Positions 1 through 12,655 of a stretch of DNA of 64,000 nucleotides are shown piece after piece. The notes beneath the pieces are model-generated. The model ran no database searches. It was given only the letters and a program-made list of their open reading frames with translations, and was not told where the DNA came from. This stretch comes from Lingula anatina (lineage: Eukaryota > Animalia > Brachiopoda), in the NCBI GenBank assembly GCA_051362555.1, contig CM120647.1, forward strand, positions 7,006,001 to 7,070,000, written 5' to 3'. Both the position numbers and the translations under genes were made by a program. Position 1 is the stretch's first letter. The number at the start of each line of letters is the position of its first letter.

Positions 1-1399
1 CCAAAAGGCACACACAAATCGATTTTCTCATAAAAGCCTTGGTTTAACTCAATGATCCAGTTTTTTAGGCTTACGTAATGCAACAAAGGGTGTTTACTTT
101 TTAACTTTGCTTCCCTGCAATCCAGCGAAGTGTCCTACAAAACGTGGTCATGCGCAGATTCAATCACCTGGATGAGTTGAACCGTTAAACTGTGGTTATG
201 TTGACAATGCTTTCAACTGACGCCCTCAAGCGATATACCTTGCTCGCCTTGTTAGGCCGAAGCATCATAAATCCCAGGCCACTAATGAAACAGGCTTGCA
301 TTGCTGACTGCCCGATTTAATATGTACGTGTACAACTGAAGGCTGTATGTTTTGTCAAATAACATTTTATTGGATACAGTGTTTAAGGTTGGATGAACCC
401 GCGTGACGTAACCACTTTCGCTTTGATACTGTAAAACGGTGTGAAAAAGACTGTACATCGATACCTATGACTCATAGTACAAAAACGCATGATGCTAACA
501 ACGCAAATAAAATGTTTGGGAAATATGCCATTTTCATCTCCATGAGGAAATTGCATTCTGGGAAAACGGGTCCTTGTTATTATGTCGAAACACTAGTAAC
601 AGCATTAGCAGACATGCCTGCGCTTACATATTTACGTGCTGTGCGTCCCACTGCTACCATAACAATAAGAAAGATCGATTCTTGAAACTTAAAGTTCCTA
701 CTGGGTCATCAGAATGAAAAATGTGGGTAGACGACATCGGAAGAGTCGGGAAGAACCGAAGACCGATTTGCAACAGACAACAAAAAGCGTGCAGAAGAAA
801 ACGATTTGTGGAAATAACGTAATAAAGATCCGAAGAAGGGCAGATGAAGATAAAAAGAAAGAAAACACTTTTTCTGGTTATGGGAAAAGAAAACGGATGT
901 TGTTAAGCTTTACACAGGGTTTACAACTTATGGAAAATTTTAGAACTTTCATGACATCTTGTTTGTAATAATCATCTATGGAAATATGCCATTTTTCAGT
1001 CTTCAAAATATTGCAAAGCATGAAATATATGGGAAACGCTTTATTTGAATATTATTGTCTTTGATTGAAAATCACCAAAATTATACCTTACACTTTAAAA
1101 ACTCTTATAAATTGCCATATTTCTAAAAGTTTGTTTTGGTCTTCCGGATGTTGTTTCATTCTGACAGAATTTTTACACTTGTCATACCTAATATCTGACA
1201 TTTCTACCTGCCGTTAAGTCTGTGCGTGTACTTGTGTATGACATGGTAAACAGTGTATTTAGAAATTCATTTTCGTTACACCTGGTATATTTGCTTGAAA
1301 TTCGACCTGTGTGTTTTTATACCTCAATACTAAACTCAAAATGCGTTGAATTGTATTTCTATGAAAATATTTTCTTTGTTAAACAGCAACGCTCGTGAA

Positions 1400-1740
1400 G
1401 GTTAATTCGGGCTATTCAGTACAAAAGACGTCTTTGTAAGTAATATGCCAACACGCACACAGAAATAGATTTGCTAAAATGACCTAGATGAAACGCAATA
1501 ACCCTTCATGCGTAATCCAACAAAATAAGTTCCCTGCTTAAAACATTTGTTCCCATGCAACCCTGCCTTACGTCCTCCAAAAACACTGTAGATGCAATCG
1601 TCTTAGGTCAAAATTACCTGGCTAGGGGTGCAGGTTGCACAGGATTTCCCTTATCTTATTGGTCATTTTATGGTGTCCCTAACACGACCAAGAGCAAAGT
1701 GAGTAAAATTCCTCTTAATTTTAATCAACATCAAAAGTGC
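1400..1740 (+). pseudogene. Degenerate promoter/exon-1 copy lacking the ATG
   Basis: Homologous to 32520-32880, including ttacctgg...ttattggtcatt...aaagtgagtaaa; start codon region deleted. Confidence 0.7.
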
Positions 1741-1986
1741 TTCAAACCTCATTTCTCCTCTAATGAAGCCAATTCACAAAACCCTATTCATACTGGCCTA
1801 TTCATACACACGAACACATTTGTTCATAAAAGGCTTTTATAAAATTCAATAAGGGCTTTTCATGTGCAATGCAGCAAAATGTGTTCCCTTTTTTTAAATG
1901 TGTTAACATGCTAGACTTCTTCCAAACATTGATTCGTGTAGGTGTAATCGCCTTAGCTTGTTCAATATTACCTGGCTGGGGGGAAA

Positions 1987-2059
1987 ATGTGGGGGTCGAA
2001 CACAGTAATCCTTACATTATTGGTCATTTCATGGTGTCCCGAACACGTCCAAGGACAAT
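1987..2059 (+). CDS. Gene 1 signal-peptide exon
   Basis: [24 protein letters not shown], donor GTGAGT, phase 1; 73 nt as in all paralogs. Confidence 0.8.
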
Positions 2060-4025
2060 GTGAGTAAAATGCATCTTTTAATTTTATTCAACAGCAGAAC
2101 TGCATCAAATTGCAAAACAATTGAGGTCGTCTATGGCCCCGCACGCGTATCTTTTAGCGTAAATTTCTGTAATATGCATTAGTTCCCATGAATGCTTGAA
2201 TGAATTTGTCACATCTAAGTCAGTAGGCGGGAGATAAATGTTCTCAGTTTTGATATAGTTTACGGTTGAATCAGGTGTAACAGACATGGGAGTCATAGGT
2301 TTGGTAGTCCGGACTCCCATTTGATAAGTACAGGTAAGGGTTAGTCGGAGTATAAGGGACAGTATATAAGACGAATGTCACCTGTACAAAGTAATGGGGA
2401 TCGGACTAGCGGACTACCATTCCTGTTACACCGGATTTTCGCTATTAACCCATGTTGAATATATGATATATTTACACTCAAATTAATTAAATTAATTTAT
2501 CAATTATTTAATACGAATCTGTTAAGAATTTCACGAACTGACTACGATTCAACCACGAGTCCTGAAATTTGTCAATTCCTGGCGATTCGTGGGATTCGTG
2601 GTCTGTGTGAAATAGGGGCATTGCGCATTGTGTTAGCTGGGCATGACACTTGATTAAACGTTAAATTTCAGCGGGGTTTTGTTTATACTTCCAGTCGTCA
2701 ACGGGACTTTGCGTCTTGTTAACACATCAAATGCGTACGAAGGCCGCTTGGAGATCTATTATTCAGGGAGCTGGGGGAGGATTTGTGACTACGGCTGGGA
2801 CTTGACTAGCGCCGATGTGGCGTGTAAACAGCTTGGTTTCACCGGAGCCCACACAGCAGTAGTGAACACGTCACCGGAGGGGACAGGTGAGTAAACACAA
2901 TTAATTTGAAATGCCTTACCTGAAAGATTGAATTGTTGATATTTGAATTTGAAGACAATAGGCACTGACACGAAGATCAAACATTAAACACTTGTAACAG
3001 TCAAAGCAATTTTAAAAAATATCGGAGTGACTCGGTACCTCAAGGATCATGACTGGGTCCGTTCCTATTTGTCCTGATGATAAACGATTTACATTTACGT
3101 CCTGGCAAATCTCTGTTCCATAAGTATATGGATGACACAACAGTTTCTGAGATCCGTAGACTATTTGATGATAGCAAACTACAGGAAATTGCTGTCACAA
3201 CATGGGGCTAGTCTAGATCAAACAATATGCGATTCAACAGAAAAAAACATATCAATATATCAAGAATGCATATATCCCTAAGCTCGTGATTGACAAAACA
3301 GTTATTGAATTTATAGAATTATTTAAATTACTTGGAGCGTATATATCTAATGACCTCTCATGGAAGGTACATGTAGACACAATCACCAAAAAGCAAGTAA
3401 AAGGACTTATTTCCTACAGCACCTGAAGCTTGCAGGCCTTACAACTGATGACTTTGTAACGTATCATGTACGAGGCGGTCATAAGTCAAGTTTTAGAATA
3501 TTCTGCCCCTGTCTGGCACTTTGGATGAACAACTGAATTGACTGCCCTAGTACAGGGCAGAAAAGTCTCAAGGGAAAGCTCTTAAGATAATTTATCCTGA
3601 TTTTGAATATGGCGCTGCTGGTGAACATAGTAAACTTGAACTACTGAGTGAAAGGCGGCTCAATAGATGCATGGAAATTATTTGTTGGGATATCAAATGA
3701 ACCGGATCTTACATTGCATTATCTTTAACTACCAAAACAAAATGTAAAATATTAATTAAGGGAACAAAAGACATGCAAAAGACCTAAAATTAAAACCAAA
3801 CGACCAATGAGTGACTTTTTAACCAGTGCGATATACACATTTAAAAATTAACTGATATACTTTTATTTAATTTTTAACCTTGTATTTTAGTTATGTTGTG
3901 TTATATTTGTTCATATATGTCTTTTAATATTCCTTTATTCTTATTCACTGGTGGTTTTATTCAACTACGCTGCAATGATTGTAGTTATCCAACCCTCGGG
4001 TTGCAATTTTGGTAATAATAATAAC

Positions 4026-4077
<52 letters not shown>

Positions 4078-5048
4078 TACATTTACTGTATATCAAAAGT
4101 GATAAATTACCCAATATAAATGTGTTATTTACCAGAACATGCCACGTATAAAACCTTGTATAGCAAACATTGCACACATTTGACCAAGTCATCATAACTT
4201 GTATGCATTTAAAAAAGTTACCAAAGTAAACATTTGTGTCTTTGTTATTGTTTGCCATATATTGTCATTTACGTAATTGTTGTGAGTTCATTGCATTAAG
4301 AGATAATGGTCAGCTATAAGCTGCTTATAGGAAAGCAAGAGAAAGAAAGCAAAGTCAGTCAAAATCAGTCAAAATCCGGCTTATTTTTTTAAAAGAGCGT
4401 GGTTGAAGCCAAACATTCACTGATAGTACACCCTAATTATTTTCCCTATTAAAAAAAAAAAAAAAAAAAAAAAGCAGACGAGAACGATGTTGGATGACAG
4501 CCATGTTGCTTGTTTTGGTGTTTTCTGTGAGGGCGTAGACATTATGGCGTTAAGTTATACAGCATAATAAAACATTTTGTAGACTGAAGCCAAAGTCAAT
4601 AATATTTGTGAATTATCTTTTCAAATAACAGGTTCATTCTGGATACAGAATTTGAATTGCCAGGGAACAGAGACAAGTCTAGAAGATTGCTCCCATGACG
4701 GCGTTGGTGTTATCAACTCATCTTATTGTAACCAATCTTCAGATGACGCCGGCGTTCTGTGTAAAGGACGTGAGTAGATATTAAAGGTGCACGATCCAGA
4801 ATCCTTCCTCTCAGTCTCACTAACAGTCTGAAAGCTGTTGCTGTCTAAAGCCAAATGGCAGGCTGATCGGATCTATTTCGAGGTCAGGGGGTTGAGATCG
4901 GGGGGGGGGGGGGGGTAGGGGTAATGGGTTGATGTTTTAGCTCTATAGCTTTATTGCAATTGAATATAAGCGGGGGATATAATGTATGTTGGGTGGTATT
5001 TCATAGCATCTATGTGAAGTTTGCTGCATCCTTGTATATGAAATAGTT

Positions 5049-5081
<33 letters not shown>

Positions 5082-8000
5082 AATAAGATTCTTATATGGC
5101 GCCTTACATTCTATCTCAAGGCGTCTTACAATAATAGGTAATATACTAAAATCATTAAAATGACTACAATATTTTAGTTAGAAAGGAAAGTTCAAATACC
5201 CGTGTGAAGGGAATGGATGTTCTAGTAACGCAGGTCCTGGGAATGGAAGTACTAGGTCTAACGTTCAGGAATAGAGGTCATTAGACATACGTTACTTGGG
5301 ATTTAGGATGTAACCTCCGTGAAAGACCAGAAACCAGGAGTATTAGTCCAACTGGGACCTGTTTAATTAATATCCACTGGAAATATATGTCCTACCTGAC
5401 TTTGTTTCTCACACCTAGATAAAAATTATGAAAAATATATTATTTTTGAATTGAATTAAAATTCGATTAACGTATTTTTTTATATTTTAGATAATCCAAG
5501 CTGGATGGATTAGAGAATTTTAAGACATTACTTTAAGCATTAAATTTGAACAGCAGTTTAAGAGTTTTGGCAACGTTTATTCTATTTACAGGGTGGACCT
5601 GCATTCTGATCGCACCAACAGTGCTTTGTGCAGTGTTGTTCTAACTTACTGTTTCATTTTATATGTATTTCCTTCAGCCAACGACGGAGAAATCAGATTA
5701 ATCGGCTATACCCAGTATTTCGGTCGTGTTGAGATATTCTACGCTGGAGAATGGGGGAGAGTGTGTAAAAACGGTTGGTCATTGAATGACGCCAAAGTAG
5801 CCTGTAGACAGCTTGGCTTCAGTGGGGCGCTGGCTTACTGGACACTGTGGTCAGCGAGAGGGACTTCGAGGGTGGTTCTAGGTACTGTTCATCCGTATGC
5901 GTGTTTGTCTGTATATATGATTGTCTGTATGCATGTGTCTGTGTTTCAATCTGCCTATCTGCCTGTTTGACTGTCTGTGTTACTAGCAGTCCTCCTATCT
6001 GGCTGATTGTCTGTTTCAGCTTCTACCGGGTATATACATGTCTGTCTGTGTGTCTGGCGCTATGCCAGGCGGTCTGTCTGCCTATCTCTCTCTCTCTCTC
6101 TCTCTATCTCTGGATATGAGTTTGCTTCTCTGTCTTGGTTTTATTTTAATCGCAACGGGTCACATACATAGCGTGACTTTTTAAGGTGTAAATTACAAGT
6201 ATTAACTTTCAGACCAATTAAACTGTGCCGGTACAGAAAGTCGACTGGATGCCTGCACTCATGGATCGATAGGCTACCCCAGTTCATCGTCCTGCTCGTC
6301 AAACTCCTATGTGGACGCCGGGGTCGCCTGTGAAGCGCGTGAGTATTAGAATTGCGATGGCATCCAGCAATTTGCTATAGGCCCTGTCACGCTGTAGTTC
6401 TCATACGTTGGGAAGAAGATAATAATTCATTCTAGCTTATATATGTGCGTTTGAGTTCCCTATACAAGCGTACCAGTAGCCTCTGAACATAAGAGTGCGT
6501 GTAGCGTGCTTCTGTTTTGTTGATAATTATGGTTTGATGTGGTTGGAGTGTATAGGAAGAGTATATACAACGCAAAACTGACGAACTAGTAGAGGGCGTG
6601 TCTCTGACGATTAATTAACGTATTTATTTTAAACGTTTATTTGCCGCAAATTAATATATATTTCGAGTATGTGTTTACCTAGTGCATGGTTACCGTATGA
6701 CAAACGGATCCTCTGTGTTTTGTCTTTTGTGGCAAAATATAAGTAGAATTGGCACATTTTCATCACAATCGCCCCACATTTAGAGGATAGATGTAGATAC
6801 ATGTATTTTCGAAAACCAAATGTGCAGTTTCATTTTACATGTCATAATTATCAACAATACAGAAGCACACTGCCCATATATTGCTCATACGCTCATATGC
6901 TCATACCTGCAACGAATGCATTGTTCCTATGCTCATATACGGTACTGAAACGCTTATATACGGGACTCAAACCCTCATATACGCAAATCAGCCCTCACAT
7001 CCTTTACTCATCCGTTGTGCTTGTATACCTTGATATACGCTTCATGTATACCTAACCACTGAGTTACATGTAGTAACATGTACATGTACTGTACAATCAC
7101 AATTAATAGATCAGTTGCATGCAATAATAAAGATATAAAACGCGGACAAGCGATGTTGACTAAAAACGCAATCATTGAGAAAAAATTATGTCCATATGTG
7201 TGCATTTTTAAAGCAAAATCCGTAATTGAATTTGTAGTGATAGTAATCAAGCGACATCGTTCATAAAAAGTCTCTTAAAATGCGACTTTCCTGCAAACGG
7301 ACACCCGAAAACGCCGCGTGCCGCCACAAGTGGAAACAAAACGCAGGTTCGGGTGGATTATTATGGAGGCAATAATAAAGGGAACTGCAAGGATCCAGAG
7401 ATTTGCTGAGCAGGCTGGCTATGCTCGCCGGCCACTCTCGCAGAGGACCGCCCTATAATTATGAACAGTTGGGGTTCTAGGTATTACAGCGTGGCCGTAA
7501 TTGGGGCCTAGTGTCAAGAGACGTTCTGTTTAAGCTGTACATATGCTACGACATGCCTTGACATGTGATCGTACTTTACATACTACCCATTGGATATTGA
7601 AACTCAAGTAATACAATGTAACTACGCTGCCAACAGGCTACACACACTGGACAATAGAAGTGTCACCCCTACTGAACCAATACCTTGGGGGATATAAATG
7701 ACTGTGGGATGATATGCTCCTGGTATCATTTTATTAACATAAAATTTTACACTTGAAACGGTTCTTACTGAACAATTCAACTGCATCGATATTCTGATAT
7801 TGCTTATATTCCGCCTCTTCAGGTTAATAACTTTGATTACTCTGATTCAGGGGGTGACACTTCTATTGTCCAGTGTGTGTATGTGTGTATTTCTTATACA
7901 ACTGTTCTCATACGTTGGGAAGAAAAGATATCACGCTTAAAGTAGTGTGTATAATCGATTTTACACACGATATTCATACGTACCTCTATCACAGTTGGTG

Positions 8001-11000
8001 AGACAGAGATTTAACAGGGAAGTTGCTTCGCTTCGGGAATATACAACTGTAGATATTCACAACTTTATAACAATATTTACAGTACACGGATGGCAAATAT
8101 CTAATTGCGATTATTATTTGTTATTGTTTTCTTTTTTTTTTCGGAGGACCTTCACTTAAAAAAGGGTCCAGGACACGTGTCTATTGTACAACAGGATTAC
8201 TGCGTACCAGAAAAGAAACATTTGTCTCCTCCATCCCAGTGTATCACAAACTTTTATAGTCCCATTCGTAACAAGAAAGAAGGCAACAAATAATATTGAT
8301 TCTTCGAGATTTGGCCAAACAAGACCGCTTTTATTATATACCCCCACTGTCCTTATAATCTGAACAATAATAACAATGTAGCAAACTATTGCCTGTATTA
8401 AATTTTATGGCCTTGTATAAAATATATACATATGTCAATTTATCCAATAAGGCCCATCGTCTTAAAAATTATGAAATGACGAGTCAGGAAAAGTTTTGAT
8501 TAAAACCTGGAAAGGGAAATGTTTCGTTTCTCTTTTAAAACAATAGTATTTCGATGTCTACATGTGTTTCAATTCAAATAAGATTTTGATAAATCACCTT
8601 CTGTGTAAGATATGAATTGCAATCAAGTCTGATACGTTTACATTTCTAGCTGATGATAGCGAACTTCGTCTGATGGACGGTAACGGCTACAATAGCGGTC
8701 GTGTGGAGATAAAGTTTGCCGGATATTGGCAGCGTATTTGTGATTGGGGATGGGGAAGCAGCGAGGCCGCAGTTGCCTGCCGACAGTTGGGGTATAGCGG
8801 ATATGTTAGATCCGCGACAGGTAGGGCAGCATATCTTTCGTTTTTATAATAAAATATACACTTTAATGGATGTTCGAGCCTAATATAAGTTGAATATCAA
8901 TACTAGTAAATCTGGGCTTTACATCTGAATTCTATTTGAAATCCGCCCTCCTACTCCATTGGAGAAAGGCGCCTTTGAAAACTTACTTGTCGACTGGTCT
9001 GCGCTTCCTAGGCGAATGTTCAACTATCATAACTTGCCCACAATTCTCACAAATAGCACAACTAGCACAATATACAGTGTCGCCCCCCCCCCCCAGGAGA
9101 AAATAATTTCATTCTAATTCCCTTCTTCAACCGAATACAATAATATATACATATTTATCTATCGGTTGCCAGTAAGCCACTATAACTAGTCTAAAAATCA
9201 CTCAAATACCACTAGCAAGTGCAATGTAAATTGACGGCATTTAGTCGATTTATCAATGGTTACTTACAAGTTTCTAACCGGTCTCATGAAGTCAGCAGCA
9301 GGTCGCCATGGGGTTGCATTTTTTTTTTTTTTTTTTTTTTTGCTAATAAAGTAAAATCAAATCAAATTGATGGCAATGTACCTAATTGCGGGGAGGGGTG
9401 ACACTTTTTTCGATAAGGGAGTATAATTCTTTTTATTATCTTATTTCGACAATTCAGACTGGACCATCAAAGGGGACACCTCATTTTGGCTGCAGGGTGT
9501 TCAGTGTCAAGGAACAGAAGCTAACATTACAGATTGTTCACATGGCGGAGTAGGGTATTACGATGATTACCACTGTTACTCAAGCAGTAATGATGACGCT
9601 GGTGTCTATTGTCAGGGATACTTACGTAAGTATATATGTCTCTAATAAATGTCTAAGGAATGCAGGTCCCCCAGGAGCTCTTCCCAATTAGATCAATGCA
9701 TATTATACAATGCAGCAGTGCATCACACATGGTAGTCAATTGACTGGTAGTCACACACCTGACTACACTTGTCCATTTACATATCTTATATGAGATCGGA
9801 TTTTTTAAAAAGACCGCATTTTGACCTAGACATACATCTGAAACTGAAATATTCCATCATACGTGCCAAGTCTGTAGTGTTACTGAATGAAGTAAATACT
9901 TCGGAATGGGAATTAGAGGCTGAATAAAATGCGTGGTGAAAAAATGCGATATCTCAAAGTGTATATTAAAACTAATCATTGATATTTATAATCCATTTTT
10001 TTTCGCCAGCGGGTGTTATCCCCCCCAGTACAACCACCACTACACCGACCACAACAACCACCGTTCCAGTAAGTAGTATTAGAACGAATACAGAACGAGT
10101 TGATCTGCAGACTGACATATTCGTGGACTGAATATGGGCGACGGACAAAAAAAAAAAAAAAAACAAAAAAAAAACGACACCGCTAATCCACTGTTGGTAT
10201 CCCCGTACCCTCTGTAATCAACCTTCAGATTACATTACACGGTCAGAGACAGAAAAATTAACCGTCTATTTATCTCAAGACATATATGTGAATATTCTGT
10301 GAAAAGTCAATCTGTGGCCCTGGTAGAGGGTAGTACCCCCATATCCACAAGAGCATTTAAAACCCGAAACTGATATTAATCTTTTAAATGGCGCATGTGG
10401 AGGAGGGGAGAGAATCGGCGAATTAAGCGACTTGTTTTTACGCTGGTTCGGCCAGTTAGTCCGAGGACCATCTGTTATGAATGCGGTCTTAATTAACTTT
10501 ACAGTTTGCGTCTTTTTTGACTCAGTTTTATGTGCTTTTCGTAGTCGATATTCCAAGACATTTACTTCGTGAGCCATGTAACAATCGTACTGTTTTTACA
10601 AACAACGCTTTATTCATATGTACAGAGGGTCTTTCAAGAAAACAGTATCCTTTACATAATAAAAACATTGTTCAATCCAAAATACATGTTATTTTGTGAA
10701 TACATGTAGCTTCAGAAAGGAATTAAGACTGCTTGCAGTCAGACTCAATCAGTGGAAGGACTTTAATAGACATTATCACCTTCGTATTGACTGGCAAAAC
10801 ACACATTTAATTTTTTTAAGTTTTTTGAAAAAATAAATGTATTTTGTTTTTTTTTAACTTTAAGTGGGTATTTAAATATTTGATATTTTATTTCAGAGAG
10901 GACCTAGATGCTATATATGCTCAAGCACCGGCATCTCTTGTTCCAGATCACGGAACGCAAGCTCGCATTCTAATTTCTGTTATTATGGACATGTGTGCTA

Positions 11001-11475
11001 CGTGAGTTTCTCTCTCTCTTTTGGACACACACGCACACACACACGCACACACACTTTGCAAAAACAACATATGTACAGCACGCCTTCATATGTACGCCTA
11101 CACAAGCACCTATGAATGTTATTGTTTTCTTTGTTAGATAACTGTCATTGTAATATGGACACACCTATCTCTTTGTAGAGTTCGGCCATGGCGTACGAAA
11201 GTTACAATCTCTTCTACAGTTCTTCCACCATTTCCTACAGCTACAGCCGCGGGTGCAGACTGCCGTCATCTTGTACCAGCCAGGAGTATCAGGGAAATAC
11301 CTGCACGGGAACCGGGACCAGAAGAGTCTGCAAGCATTGCTGCACTACTGACTACTGTAACGGCGGTGCCGTGGATACGTCCCAAACAAGCAACAACAAC
11401 AGAGGTTCCAGTTTAAAGACTGTCTGTTTTAAAGTCCTCTTCGCGCTTTTGTTTATTGCCTTTGCTTGGAATTGA
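1987..11475 (+). CDS. Gene 1: GPI-anchored SRCR x3 - Thr/Pro stalk - Ly6/uPAR protein (10 coding exons, 510 aa)
   Basis: join(1987-2059,2695-2886,4632-4769,5678-5881,6213-6338,8650-8820,9458-9625,10010-10068,10897-11001,11179-11475); all GT-AG, phases compatible, 1533 nt with no internal stop. Confidence 0.88.
2272..2434. mobile_element. Small MITE-like repeat (related copies at about 17857-18025 and 23826-23974)
   Basis: Inverted ends (c)aggtgtaacag...ctgttacaccgg; shared internal cacctgtaca...aatggg. Confidence 0.5.
2512..2620. mobile_element. Right end of the Harbinger-type MITE seen complete at 43028-43566
   Basis: ...ggattcgtggtctgtgtgaaataggggca is the reverse complement of the TIR at 43028. 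Confidence 0.75.
2695..2886 (+). CDS. Gene 1 SRCR-C N-half exon
   Basis: [43 protein letters not shown]; 192 nt, phase 1-1. Confidence 0.92.
3020..4077 (+). mobile_element. 5'-truncated degenerate non-LTR retrotransposon (RT fragment) with (AAT)n tail
   Basis: [44 protein letters not shown] with stops and frameshifts; (AAT)n at 4013-4077. Confidence 0.85.
4632..4769 (+). CDS. Gene 1 SRCR-C C-half exon
   Basis: [21 protein letters not shown]...C...DDAGVLC; 138 nt. Confidence 0.92.
5678..5881 (+). CDS. Gene 1 SRCR-D N-half exon
   Basis: [42 protein letters not shown]; 204 nt. Confidence 0.92.
6213..6338 (+). CDS. Gene 1 SRCR-D C-half exon
   Basis: [17 protein letters not shown]...C...DAGVAC; 126 nt. 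Confidence 0.92.
7641..7879. mobile_element. Tc1/mariner-type MITE
   Basis: About 30-bp TIR cacacactggacaatagaagtgtcacccc; flanking TA on both sides. Confidence 0.8.
8650..8820 (+). CDS. Gene 1 SRCR-E N-half exon
   Basis: [43 protein letters not shown]; 171 nt. Confidence 0.92.
9458..9625 (+). CDS. Gene 1 SRCR-E C-half exon
   Basis: [20 protein letters not shown]...C...DDAGVYC; 168 nt. Confidence 0.92.
10010..10068 (+). CDS. Gene 1 Pro/Thr-rich stalk exon
   Basis: [17 protein letters not shown]; phase 1 to 0; conserved in genes 2 and 3. Confidence 0.85.
10897..11001 (+). CDS. Gene 1 LU domain exon 1
   Basis: [15 protein letters not shown]...C...VCY; CYxC start typical of Ly6/uPAR; phase 0-0. 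Confidence 0.85.
11179..11475 (+). CDS. Gene 1 LU domain exon 2 + GPI signal (terminal)
   Basis: YSRGC...CCTTDYCN (CCxxxxCN LU signature), then polar spacer, hydrophobic tail [13 protein letters not shown] and stop. Confidence 0.9.
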   Translation, partial: SSAMAYESYNLFYSSSTISYSYSRGCRLPSSCTSQEYQGNTCTGTGTRRVCKHCCTTDYCNGGAVDTSQTSNNNRGSSLKTVCFKVLFALLFIAFAWN

Positions 11476-11742
11476 AGGCAGATATCTTAATATTTATAAC
11501 GCTACCAAATTAAACAATATATGTTGATTTGAATCTATATGATTTATTACTTTTATCTAATGTAAATAACACAATACTTAAGGCAAACACGGTACTAGTT
11601 GCTTTGAATATTATTGTTATTGTTATCCTTTGCTTAACAATAACGTGTTTCTATTAGTGGGGATGTACGTTGTAAATAGCCAGATTTATACTGCATAGGA
11701 CCTCAAGGTCCCAGGCTAGACCCCCCAGCCACTGAATTCTGG

Positions 11743-11749
11743 GAGAGAA

Positions 11750-11787
<38 letters not shown>

Positions 11788-11812
11788 GGAAAGAGAGACT
11801 AAAAGAGAGAGA
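11743..11812. repeat. (GA)n microsatellite (paralogous copy at about 31939-31972)
   Basis: Direct reading. Confidence 0.9.
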
Positions 11813-12582
11813 GGGACAGTTAACACATGACTCTTTTAACCTTGAATTTGGCTTAATTAGTTTAAAATTAATGTTTGTGGTTTTACATTTCATATTACAT
11901 ATAACATATATATATTGCACAGTGTAAACAAATTGATCCTTATTATGATATCACACAATCTCCAATTTGGTAAATAATTATTTGTTTCTGGTGTGTTACG
12001 ACGTAGGGCCCACGTTAGGTTCAATTCACAATGTAAACATGTACCTCATATTTTCGTATCATGTTATTCGTCCTCCTGCTTTTGCTGATCCAGTTTATTC
12101 TGTATTTCTGATATTCCATTTAAGGTGTTTACCTATAAGTCGCGATTTACTATTTAAATGTTTATTTTAATGCACCTTTGGCATCTTATGAAAATTAAAT
12201 ACATTTACCAGCCCGTTTTTTACAGTGTTTTTAATCTGAAATGGGTTCACGCGGGTTTGGAGAGAGAATATAAAGCACATGAAACGGTGCAAACACAAGC
12301 GCACACACAGAACGATTGTGTCGCACACAATTATTAAGAGTTAAGTTTACTCGAGTTACACAGGATAAAAGATGTCTTTATATGTTAAGACGCACGCTAA
12401 AATAGTTCTCTTCATAAAAACCTTGATGTAACGTGATAACCCAGAGCTTTCATGTGCGCAATATAACAAAAGGTGCCCCCCTTATCACAGTTGTTGCCTT
12501 GCAACCCAGCCTGGCGTCCTCCAAAACATTGCTACGCGCAGATGTAATCTTCTTAGGTGAAAATTACCTGACTGGGGTGAAC

Positions 12583-12655
12583 ATGTGGCGGTTGAACACG
12601 GGTTTCCTTCTCTTTTTGATTATTTTACTGTGTCCTGAGGACGGCCAGGGTAAAA
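12583..12655 (+). CDS. Gene 2 signal-peptide exon
   Basis: [24 protein letters not shown], donor GTAAGT. Confidence 0.85.

Noticed and set aside
467-968. Short ORFs upstream of gene 1
   Set aside because: No domain signal, splice support or paralogous conservation.
1964-1986. 5'UTR motif ATATTACCTGGCTGGGG resembling the 5' end of U1 snRNA
   Set aside because: The match is short, other paralogs read TTACCTGACTGGGGTG, and no U1 body or Sm site follows.
3951-4258. Poly-N, poly-L, poly-I and YIYI ORFs here and near 21416, 30584, 35713, 46013 and 60083
   Set aside because: Translations of microsatellites.
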